From assembly GCA_965215015.1 (NCBI GenBank), contig OZ244042.1, positions 2,240,001-2,304,000 on the forward strand: DNA of 64,000 nucleotides, read 5' to 3'. Positions within the stretch are counted from its first letter, which is position 1. Every line of letters begins with the position of its first letter. Both the position numbers and the translations under genes were made by a program. The stretch comes from Candidatus Poribacteria bacterium. Its GTDB lineage: Bacteria > Poribacteria > WGA-4E > PCPOR2b. Below the pieces are notes generated by a model. It had not been told where the DNA came from. It was given only the letters and a program-made list of their open reading frames with translations, and made no database searches. Positions 51,258 to 59,758 of this stretch are shown here, one piece after another.

Positions 51258-54014
51258 ATGAAAATTAGACCTACCCTGTATGTGGGCCTAGGAACAACAG
51301 GGATGAAAATCCTCAACCATCTCCGGCTACTCAATTATAACGAATATGGTTCGGTGGAGTACCCTATTTTCCGGTATATATCAATTGAAACCGATACCAG
51401 CAACGATGGAATTGTGTCTGAAATTGATGGCGCCCTCAATTACATTCGGTATGAAAGGGGAGTGCCCACTGTTTATGATAGTGGACCCCGCCCAGAATCG
51501 GCCGGAAATAAAGTTATCCACACAACTATTCCGGCGACGGAGCCCATTCGGAATACGATAGATCCCAATCATTCATCGTACAACAGACATCTTGACGCGT
51601 GGTTAGATCCAAAAATATTGGATCTTGATGCAACAACGCGGGCCGGTGGTGCGGGTAATCTCCGAATGGTAGGAAGACTCTCACTCTGGGAAAACTGGGA
51701 TAAGCAGAGTCGTGTCCAACAAAACCTCCGGGAAGCCTATGACGCCGTTTGGGAAGACAGCAATAAGAAAAAAGCGGTGCAGGTTTTAAATAACCATTTT
51801 GGCAAGGAAATTACCGTTGATGAAGAGAATCGAAACGTTTTTATCGTTGGTACCCTCTGCGGTGGTACATGTAGCGGAATGCTGCTTGATATTGCTTACT
51901 ACTTCCGACACATTGGAAACGAAGATACCAAAATTTACGGTATATTTACCATGTACGATGAGGCACTTGCCTTAGAGGCACCAAAGATTCAATTGGCCAA
52001 CTGCTATGCCACCCTCGTTGAACTTGATTACTATAAACGGAGTGCCACAAAATATCGTGTCACGCTGCCTACCGGTCCCGCTATCAGCACAAACAAGCCC
52101 CCATTTGATGTAGCTACCTTCGTTTCAGCAACCAATATGGTAAGTGAGCGATTTATCAACGAAAATGGGCGGTTCGTTCAAGACGAGCTGGATCGGATGG
52201 TCGCCTCTGACCTCTTTGTAAGAAGCTTCGATGTTGATGCCCTGATTGATGCGGACCTCGTCAACACCCCCGGATTTGATGATCGATTTGAAAATGTGCG
52301 AGAAGACAATCAATTTGTCCAGTACATGTTCAGCTCGGGACTAGAAAAGATATGGTTTCCCAAAAATCAAATCGTTAAAGCAGCGGCTACGAAATTCATT
52401 GAAAAACTTCATTCAAAATGGAAAGAGATTCGTCCGGCAGATACCTCCGACCCTAACACGCTATTTGACAGAATTTTAGATGACATTAAAGATGGCCTCG
52501 TCAAGACACGGACTGGTTCGCTTGATACTCTGTTAAAGAGCGAAATTGCTACGCTTAATTCTAACACGGAGGCCTATAGTTGCCTTGAAGCTTTAGTCCC
52601 TGGGGGAAAACATTACAGGCTAATTGATGACAACAGCAAAGATTGTTTTCAGCACGCTGTGGAAAGCCTTCGGGGAGCATCTCAAACGGTGCTCAGTCAA
52701 GTTGATGAGTTAATTCAGTCTGAGTTGGGAAAACATAATTCGGACAAACTCGCATCTGATGGTGAGATACGCGAACGCGTGAAGCAGGCCGAATTGGGTG
52801 CACAGGATCCAATTGGAGGATTTTTCGGAAGAATTAGAGGCAGAACCGAACTCAACAACAGGAAGTTCAGAGATGGAATTTCTGAACAGCAAACCCAATT
52901 ACAGAATCAGTTGAGGAGCTACTTCGTTAAACGGGTCCTTACCGACCTCCGTGGCGAAATTCAGAATCTTATTGAGGATGGGAATAACGAAAGAAGTACG
53001 ATTGAAACAAAGTTTGCTGATGCTAAAAGGTATTCTAAGGTTGACGAAACCAGTCCGGAAGTAATAGAGGTAGCAAACCTCTTGAGTCAAAATTGCCAAG
53101 GTATGCTTGACACACAAGCACAAGTTGATAAACTGATTCGTATTCTGCGTCTCTCAGAAAGTGGATGTTTTCATTGGCACATTGCGAATCGATTGAGGGA
53201 GTTTTTTAATGACATCGTTGCCAGATTAACTCCGAATTTTGGCACACAGGCTGTCAGAAAATCCGGTCCCTATCAAGAATTCACGCACAGTTATATGGGA
53301 AATTACAGATTGAGGTTAGAACGCCCCGGAGGCGAAACGAGGCTTTTTCGATTCTTGCTCGCTAGCCGGCAACCGGAAAATGCCTCCAATCTTATGTTGG
53401 GAACCCAATCTAGAGAAGAAGAATTTTCTATACCGAATCTCAGTGTTCTTTATCAGATGGAAGTCGGCTTTACCGCTGATGACCTCCGCGTTGCGAAGCG
53501 ACTCAAGGAGGAGTATGATTCTTATATAGAAAGGGGTGATCCTATTCATATTGATAGGGATCCGACCCAGTTCAACCCAGACGCAATTCGCGCTACAATT
53601 GCAGCTGGCAACCGGATAGGAGAAATTCAGAGGGACTCAAAAGCTCTCAGAGAACTACTACCTAGGATCCGAGAGATATATGAAAATCGGTTTCAATATG
53701 TATCGCCCAACGGGAACATTAACGGAAATTCGCCACTAGGCGAATTGGAAGTTAGAATTCCTGACAGGGCAGGATACGAAAAAACTTTCAGAGTCGGGGT
53801 AGACAATGAAGAGTTGGCGCAAGATGAGGAGCGGTACGATTTTTTTATTAACACAACCCGGGCCGATTTTGGTAGTCTCCTAGATGAAAACCCTTCTCTT
53901 CCAGTGATTATTAATGGCTTCAATCAACAGATCGAATCCACCCTACGGAGAGAAAGCGAAAAATTCTATGAAAATTATATTGGTTTAGTGCGCGAGCACC
54001 ACAGATCCCATTAG
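51258..54014 (+). CDS. FtsZ/tubulin-like GTPase (Tubulin_2/FtsZl1-type) with long helical C-terminus
   Basis: TLYVGLGTTG, SIETD, GAGNLRMVGRL, signature GTLCGGTCSGMLLD, ANCYATLVEL, PFD; start at MKIRPT behind AAGGAG. Confidence 0.88.
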   Translation: MKIRPTLYVGLGTTGMKILNHLRLLNYNEYGSVEYPIFRYISIETDTSNDGIVSEIDGALNYIRYERGVPTVYDSGPRPESAGNKVIHTTIPATEPIRNTIDPNHSSYNRHLDAWLDPKILDLDATTRAGGAGNLRMVGRLSLWENWDKQSRVQQNLREAYDAVWEDSNKKKAVQVLNNHFGKEITVDEENRNVFIVGTLCGGTCSGMLLDIAYYFRHIGNEDTKIYGIFTMYDEALALEAPKIQLANCYATLVELDYYKRSATKYRVTLPTGPAISTNKPPFDVATFVSATNMVSERFINENGRFVQDELDRMVASDLFVRSFDVDALIDADLVNTPGFDDRFENVREDNQFVQYMFSSGLEKIWFPKNQIVKAAATKFIEKLHSKWKEIRPADTSDPNTLFDRILDDIKDGLVKTRTGSLDTLLKSEIATLNSNTEAYSCLEALVPGGKHYRLIDDNSKDCFQHAVESLRGASQTVLSQVDELIQSELGKHNSDKLASDGEIRERVKQAELGAQDPIGGFFGRIRGRTELNNRKFRDGISEQQTQLQNQLRSYFVKRVLTDLRGEIQNLIEDGNNERSTIETKFADAKRYSKVDETSPEVIEVANLLSQNCQGMLDTQAQVDKLIRILRLSESGCFHWHIANRLREFFNDIVARLTPNFGTQAVRKSGPYQEFTHSYMGNYRLRLERPGGETRLFRFLLASRQPENASNLMLGTQSREEEFSIPNLSVLYQMEVGFTADDLRVAKRLKEEYDSYIERGDPIHIDRDPTQFNPDAIRATIAAGNRIGEIQRDSKALRELLPRIREIYENRFQYVSPNGNINGNSPLGELEVRIPDRAGYEKTFRVGVDNEELAQDEERYDFFINTTRADFGSLLDENPSLPVIINGFNQQIESTLRRESEKFYENYIGLVREHHRSH

Positions 54015-54081
54015 GATCGAATTCTGCTATCTTGTCAAAATGCCAATACAGATGAACTTTCTTTTGACTCAATTACCGAAC

Positions 54082-54502
54082 AATATCGTGTCACGCTACC
54101 TACCGGTCCCGCTATCAGCACAAACGAGCCCCCATTTGATGTAGCTACCTTCGTTTCAGCAACCGATATGGTAGGTGAGCGATTTATCAACGAAAATGGG
54201 CGATTCGTTCAGGACGAGCTGGATCGGATGGTCGCCTCTGACCTCTTTGTAAGAAGCTTCGGTGTTGATGCCCTGATTGATGCGGACCTCGTCAACACCC
54301 CCGGATTTGATGATCAGTTTGAAAATGAGCGAGGAGACAATCAAGTTGTCCAGTACATGTTCAGCTCCGGACTAGAAAAATTCTGGTTTCCTAAAGATGG
54401 CCTCGTCACGACGTGGACTCTGGTTCGCTTGATACTCTTTTAAAGTGCGAAATTGCTACGCTTAATTCTAACACAGAGGCCTATAATTACCTTGAAGCTT
54501 TA
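54082..54502 (+). pseudogene. Diverged internal duplicate of the tubulin-like gene
   Basis: Matches 52051-52360 joined to 52487-52595 (126-bp in-frame deletion), then frameshifts. Confidence 0.9.
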
Positions 54503-54621
54503 TTTCTTAGGTGCTTGTTAGCTGATTGCCCTAGCTCTAACAAGCCGTTTAAAACCGCTAACAGGCACTGAATGTTATAAAATCTTGTTGAAGATCTTTT
54601 TCTATCAATAGGAGATGCCCC

Positions 54622-55007
54622 ATGGGATTTACAGACTGGAGCCCCTCACACACGATACTGGTGATATTCGGTATATTTTTTTTGTTGGTAATTTAGCGGT
54701 TATGTACTACCGCACTGGACAAAACGCCAAGAAGATAGATAAGCTGGGTGAGACCATCGTTCATGCGATAGAACGCCTCGAAGAACGGATGGATAAGCGA
54801 TTCGTTGAAATGAACAAACGTATTGATGATACAAATCAGCAAATCGCAGATTTCCGTGTTGAAGTGAATCAAGACTTTTCAGATTTCCGTGTTGAAATGA
54901 ATCAACGCTTTGTCCAAGTCCATTCGGAAATCAACCATGTTCGGGATGAACTGAGCAAACTCAACCAGAATCACATAGACCACTTGACACATCACAAAGA
55001 GAGATAA
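54622..55007 (+). pseudogene. Membrane-anchored coiled-coil paralog A1, frameshifted at a T8 tract
   Basis: Aligns with 55342-55794; T8 at 54676-54683 replaces TTTGTTTTC (9 nt), giving a stop after 24 codons. Confidence 0.75.
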
Positions 55008-55104
55008 TGAAAACAATCGCCATGGGCAGGCTTGAATATATGTATCAAAAGTATCTTGGGAGGGCAGTCTCAAGAAAGAGGTGTGAACGACGATTACTCA
55101 ATGA

Positions 55105-55133
55105 TTGAAACACAACTTGAGGTTTGGTATAAT
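55105..55133 (+). promoter_or_regulatory. Sigma70 promoter TTGAAA-17-TATAAT (extended TG), followed by two hairpins
   Basis: Hexamers at 55105 and 55128; hairpins GCCCCGTAGGT..ACCCACGGGGC and GATTGTTAGG..CCTAACAATC downstream. Confidence 0.65.
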
Positions 55134-55341
55134 AGAGGTGGCAACTAAAAAAGCCCCGTAGGTCGGGAAACCCACGGGGCTAAACAACAAATGGGATTTG
55201 TGGGATTGTTAGGTTGCCCCTAACAATCTTCATTCATTTTGGAAACATGAATGTTATGAATTTCTCTCTTGCCGTTACAGACCTCCGCTAAGCTGAACGT
55301 GCGAACCGTTCACACCGCGGTCAATCAATAGGAGATGCCCT

Positions 55342-55794
55342 ATGGAATTTGCAGCCTGGAGCCCCTCACACGCGATACTGGTGATATTCGGTATCTTTGT
55401 TTTCGTTGGTAATTTAGCTGTTATGTACTACCGGATTGGACAAAACGCCAAGAAGATAGACAAGCTGGGTGAGACCGTCGTTCATACGATGGAACGCCTC
55501 GAAGAACGGATGGATAAGCGATTCGTTGAAATGAACAAACGTATTGATGATACAAATCAGCAAATCGCAGATGTCCGAACAGAGATGAATCAAGGCTTTT
55601 CAGATTTCCGTGCTGAAATGAATCAACGCTTTTCAGATTTCCGTGTTGAAATGAATCAACACTTTTCAGATTTCCGTGTTGAAATGAATCAACGCTTTGT
55701 CCAAGTCCATTCGGAAATCAACCATGTTCGGGATGAACTGAGCAAACTCAACCAGAATCACATAGACCACTTGACACATCACAAAGAGAGATAA
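55342..55794 (+). CDS. Membrane-anchored coiled-coil protein A2 with 11-aa repeats and His-rich tail
   Basis: N-terminal TM; four 33-bp units at 55561-55692 (FSDFRVEMNQx); NQNHIDHLTHHKER; AGGAG RBS. Confidence 0.8.
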   Translation: MEFAAWSPSHAILVIFGIFVFVGNLAVMYYRIGQNAKKIDKLGETVVHTMERLEERMDKRFVEMNKRIDDTNQQIADVRTEMNQGFSDFRAEMNQRFSDFRVEMNQHFSDFRVEMNQRFVQVHSEINHVRDELSKLNQNHIDHLTHHKER

Positions 55795-55923
55795 TGAAAA
55801 CAATCGCCATGGGCAGGCTTGAATATATGTATCAAAAGTATCTTGGGAGGGAGGTCTCAAGAAAGAGGTGTGAACGATGATTACGGAATGATTGAAACAT
55901 AACAGGGGAGCAATTTGGGAAAT

Positions 55924-56784
55924 TCATTTCACGCCTAAATTGGATAGCACATTTCGGAGATAAACGACGTCCTCTTTCGCCCACCGCTCCAGATTCGGGG
56001 GCGTGGTCTCCGCATATCCCACCTGACGAATAATCGATTCATCAAAGCGGTACTCCGTATGCACCGTTAGGGGGCCATTAAAACCGCTTTTGCATAGAAG
56101 CCCCAAATAACGCTGCCAATCAACACACCCATCTCCTACTTTCACAAAACAGGGAACATAAGGTGGGGTGCGATCCGGCTGCGGGAGGTAGAGAGCATCT
56201 TTGATTCCGACAATGGACAGATAATCCCCGACCATCGCCAGTCCCATCGCCCAATCCTCGCCATCAAGCGCAAGATGCCCCGGATCCGGATAGGCACCGA
56301 TGTGCTGCGGATCGAAACCTCTAATGAGGTGCATCAACCCTGCACAGTTGGATCCAATACAGGGCCCGCTGTGGATTTGATAGCAGGTTTGCACCCCATA
56401 TTTTTCACTGAATGCGTCAAATTCCTCAAGTTCCCTACGCGCGGCATCAATCACCTGCCAATAATCATCTTCCTCGTTAAACCGCCAGAACCCGATTTTG
56501 AGGCGGGGTATGCCCGCTTCCGCACACGCTGCATATAGCCTCTCTACCTCTGGTGCATTTGGATTTGTTATATCCGTCGCCGCTGTCGCCAGAGGACAAG
56601 TGAGGTGCTGTCCACGCCAAACCTTCATTGCTTTGGGGAGTGCTTCAATGACGTTATCAACATGGATAGGGTGTCCCGGGCGGACGCAGATATCTACACC
56701 ATCGTAGCCGAGTTCGATGGCTTTCTCGCCAAGTTGTTCAACAGATAGCTCCGTAAAGAACTTAGAATTGAGTACGATTTCCAT
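55924..56784 (-). CDS. Sugar-phosphate isomerase/epimerase (xylose-isomerase-like TIM barrel)
   Basis: LGYDGVD, QIH, DPGH, IKD, VGDGCVDW, FNGPLTVHTE. Confidence 0.88.
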   Translation of the reverse strand: MEIVLNSKFFTELSVEQLGEKAIELGYDGVDICVRPGHPIHVDNVIEALPKAMKVWRGQHLTCPLATAATDITNPNAPEVERLYAACAEAGIPRLKIGFWRFNEEDDYWQVIDAARRELEEFDAFSEKYGVQTCYQIHSGPCIGSNCAGLMHLIRGFDPQHIGAYPDPGHLALDGEDWAMGLAMVGDYLSIVGIKDALYLPQPDRTPPYVPCFVKVGDGCVDWQRYLGLLCKSGFNGPLTVHTEYRFDESIIRQVGYAETTPPNLERWAKEDVVYLRNVLSNLGVK

Positions 56785-57333
56785 TGGGGGTTCCTCCTGA
56801 CGAAATTATTCATGACTTAGTGTAGTTCGTAGTAGCGCAATTTATTGCGCGTGGTTCCTCCTGACGAATTATTGTAGATCCCTTCACTTACGATAACCGA
56901 TTCTGTGGTCAGTCTGTGGTCAGGATGAGTAAATCCCTATTTTGCCACGATACCCTTCCAAAAGTCAAGGAGATACCCCGTTAGTAGTATCGCGTTCATT
57001 GCGCGTCCTCCCTCCTGTTTCTTTCCCCCTCCCTGCTTTCGGGGGGCTAAGTGCGGCTTGGGTTTTGTATTTCCATGATGTTTGGTTGTTATCCTGTTTG
57101 TCGTAGCGCAATTGATTGGGCGTCGTCCTCCTGTTTCTTCTCCCCTCCCTACTTGGGGGGAGGGTTTGTAGTAGCGCAATTTATTGCGCGTCTAGTGTCT
57201 ATTGCTGCAGTGCCCCCAACAGCAATCCAGCTGGGGAAGAAAAGCCCCTAGACAATGAACCAAAAAGGTCTTGATAAATCCCCCCAACCGTGATACTATA
57301 TCCCATTATTTCCCGAAAAGGTGGCAATTAACC

Positions 57334-57822
57334 ATGAAAATGCTAATCATCTTGTTCCTCCTTCTGCTTCAAGTTTCCTCTACGTTTGGTGAATTGACGA
57401 AAGACGATCTACGTACCATTATTAAAGAGGAAATCACAGCGTCCGAAAAGCGTATGCAGGAGTATATCGATCTTAAAATCGAGACGGTAAACGCCCGAAT
57501 TGATTCGACAAACGCCCGCATTGATGCGTTAGATAAAAATCTGAACGACAAAATTGATGCGTTAGATAAAAGCCTGAATACCAAAATTGATGTGACAAAC
57601 GCCCGAATTGATGCGTTAGGTAAAAACCTGAACGACGAAATAGGATTTATGAGGTTGCTGTTGATTGCGCTGATTGGGTTAATTGCTGTGGCGATTGTGG
57701 TTCCTCCAATTATCATTGAGTACAGGGGTCATAAGGAAGTCAAAAAACGACAGGCAGATTTCCAGACCGAGCTCCGGCAGCTTCGTGAAAAAATTGAATC
57801 GATGGAGAACACCCCATCATAA
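57334..57822 (+). CDS. Exported coiled-coil protein B1 with 7/11-aa KID repeats and C-terminal TM (Bdr-like repeats)
   Basis: Signal peptide MKMLIILFLLLL, KIDALDKNLND/NARIDST repeats, TM LLLIALIGLIAVAIVVPP; promoter TTGATA-17-TACTAT at 57271. Confidence 0.8.
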   Translation: MKMLIILFLLLLQVSSTFGELTKDDLRTIIKEEITASEKRMQEYIDLKIETVNARIDSTNARIDALDKNLNDKIDALDKSLNTKIDVTNARIDALGKNLNDEIGFMRLLLIALIGLIAVAIVVPPIIIEYRGHKEVKKRQADFQTELRQLREKIESMENTPS

Positions 57823-58097
57823 TCCCGGTATAATCCCTGTTTGCGTGTCAACCGATAGAGGCTTCTTTCCCCTCCCACTTACGGAGTGTTGGTTGATTCT
57901 TCTTCCCTCCCTGCTTGCGGGGTAGGGTTTGTCGTAGCGCAATTGATTGGGCGTCTATGTGCATATTGCTGCGGTGCCCCCAACAGCAATCCAGCTGGGG
58001 AAGAAAAGCCCCTAGACAATGAACCAAAAAGGTCTTGATAAATCACCCCAACCGTGATACCATATCCCATTATCTCGCACAAAGGTAGCAATTAACC

Positions 58098-58595
58098 ATG
58101 AAAATGCTAATCATCTTGTTCCTCCTTCTGCTTCTGGTTTCTTCTGCGTTTGGTGAATTGACGAAAGACGATCTACGTACCATTATTGATGCAATCACAG
58201 CGTCCGAGAAGCGTATGAAAGAGTATATCGATCTCAAAATTGATGCCGTAGAGAAAAACCTGAATACCAAAATTGATGCGTTAGATAAAAATCTGAATGA
58301 CAAAATTGATTCGACAAACACCCGAATTGACGAGTTAGGTAAAAATCTGAATGACAAAATTGAGGCGTCAGATAAAAACCTGGATGACAGAATAGGATTT
58401 ATGAGATTGCTATTGATTGCACTGATTGGGTTAATTGCTGCGGCGATTGTGGTTCCTCCAATTATCATTGAGTACAGGAGTCAGAAGGAAGAGTACAGGA
58501 GTCAGAAGGAAGTCGAAAAACGACAGGCAGATTTCCAGACCGAGCTCCGGCAGCTTCGTGAAAAAGTTGAAGCGATGGAAAACACCCCATCATAA
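58098..58595 (+). CDS. Paralog B2 with a different repeat arrangement
   Basis: Tandem duplicate of B1 including promoter and 3' region; extra 21-bp duplication (EYRSQKE x2). Confidence 0.8.
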   Translation: MKMLIILFLLLLLVSSAFGELTKDDLRTIIDAITASEKRMKEYIDLKIDAVEKNLNTKIDALDKNLNDKIDSTNTRIDELGKNLNDKIEASDKNLDDRIGFMRLLLIALIGLIAAAIVVPPIIIEYRSQKEEYRSQKEVEKRQADFQTELRQLREKVEAMENTPS

Positions 58596-59005
58596 TCCCT
58601 GTATAATCCCTGTTTGCGTACCAACCGGTAGGGGTTTCTTTCCCCTCCCACTTACGGAGTGTTGGGTGATTCTTCTTCCCTCGCTGCTTGCGGGGAGGGT
58701 TTGTCGTAGCGCAATTGATTGGGTGTCCTGCTCCTGTTTCTTCTGCCCTTCCTACTTTCGGGGGGGTTGAGTGTGGCTTGTGTTTTTTATTTGAATGATG
58801 TTTGGTTGTTCTCCTGTTTGTCGTAGTGCAATTGATTGGGTGTCCTGTTTCTTCTCCCCTCCCCGCTTGCGGGGAGGGCTAGGGTGGGGTAAAAACCTGA
58901 AACCCCCCGAACCCTACCATCGTATTATCTTTCCGCATAATCGTCGCAGATCTATCTATAGACGGGGGCTATGCACAAATACAAATTTTGAGTTCCGGCG
59001 GCTTG

Positions 59006-59021
59006 TGTGAAATTTTTCACA
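59006..59021. promoter_or_regulatory. Palindromic operator matching CRP (TGTGA-N6-TCACA) and nearly Rex (TTGTGAA-N4-TTCACAA)
   Basis: TGTGAAATTTTTCACA just upstream of a -35 element. Confidence 0.55.
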
Positions 59022-59030
59022 AAAAAAATC

Positions 59031-59059
59031 TTGACAGATGTTTCAATCTGTTGTATCAT
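59031..59059 (+). promoter_or_regulatory. Sigma70 promoter TTGACA-17-TATCAT
   Basis: Hexamers at 59031 and 59054; ACAGAT..ATCTGT dyad overlapping the spacer. Confidence 0.75.
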
Positions 59060-59124
59060 AAAATGCTAATTACAGGGTATTTGGAAATTAATGTAATGCT
59101 AAAGTAAAAAGTAAGGAGATATAC

Positions 59125-59223
59125 ATGTGTAAAGAAATGAATTTTCGGAAACTAAGTGTGTTTTTTGTTATCAGTTTGATGTTGGCTGTAGGGTTGTTCA
59201 TTAACGACGCTGCGCCACTCTGA
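59125..59223 (+). CDS. 32-aa hydrophobic peptide MCKEMNFRKLSVFFVISLMLAVGLFINDAAPL
   Basis: AAGGAGATATAC-ATG RBS, own promoter and terminator; below the ORF-track cutoff. Confidence 0.5.
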   Translation: MCKEMNFRKLSVFFVISLMLAVGLFINDAAPL

Positions 59224-59288
59224 AGTAACCTTGGTGATGCCTCCCCTACCAAGTCTTTCGTAGGTGGGGCATCTTCCTGACTTAGATA

Positions 59289-59336
59289 TAGCTGTTGAAT
59301 GCCTCTTCGCAATGAGGCATTCAACGGCTATTTTTT
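59289..59336 (+). terminator. Rho-independent terminator
   Basis: TAGCTGTTGAATGCCTC-loop-GAGGCATTCAACGGCTA followed by TTTTTT. Confidence 0.85.
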
Positions 59337-59580
59337 GTGTAAACATCTTTTGGTTACAGTTACCACTATAATAATATATAATAATAAAGGAAACTGATAC
59401 AGGACAAATGGTTTCATCTATTAATTTATACTGGCACCTTGATAAAATAGGGGGATCCCGATGAAATTGGGATCTACACCCATGTACTCCAAAGAGGATG
59501 GAAACCGAGTAGGAGCTGGCTTCTTGGCCCCGACGCAGAAGCCTATCCAATCAATACTCGGTTTCTCTAATTACAAGTTA

Positions 59581-59720
59581 GGTTCATGTTAAGAAATGGT
59601 GCAACGGAACTTCCTCAATCCCCTCTTCCTGTTCGTAGTAGTGCAATTTATTGCACGTTTAGGCAGGGAGATTAAGGGGGGGAAAGGGTCGTAACTTTGT
59701 ACCTTCTTTTCACATGAGCC
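59581..59720. mobile_element. MITE family B, second copy carrying a nested REP
   Basis: GGTTCATGTTAAGAA...TTCTTTTCACATGAGCC; flanks ACAAGTTA/AAAAATTA (6/8 match); REP near 59636. Confidence 0.7.
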
Positions 59721-59758
59721 AAAAATTATACGAAGGGAATTTTTAGGAGGATAGATAC

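Larger units (their letters stand above)
56829..58890. repeat. REP/BIME-like array of GTAG-REP hairpins and GC-rich hairpins enclosing two genes
   Basis: GT(A/C)GTAGCGCAATT(T/G)ATTG(C/G)GCGT variants near 56829, 56984, 57100, 57168, 57931, 58703, 58820; 57005-57170 resembles 58728-58880. Confidence 0.8.

Noticed and set aside
54082-54502. DGR template/variable repeat pair
   Set aside because: Substitutions run in both directions and include non-adenine sites; there is a 126-bp deletion; no reverse transcriptase in the window
54615-54675. ORF-track start MPHGIYRL for paralog A1
   Set aside because: The ATG directly abuts the SD sequence; alignment to A2 places the true start at 54622 with a downstream frameshift
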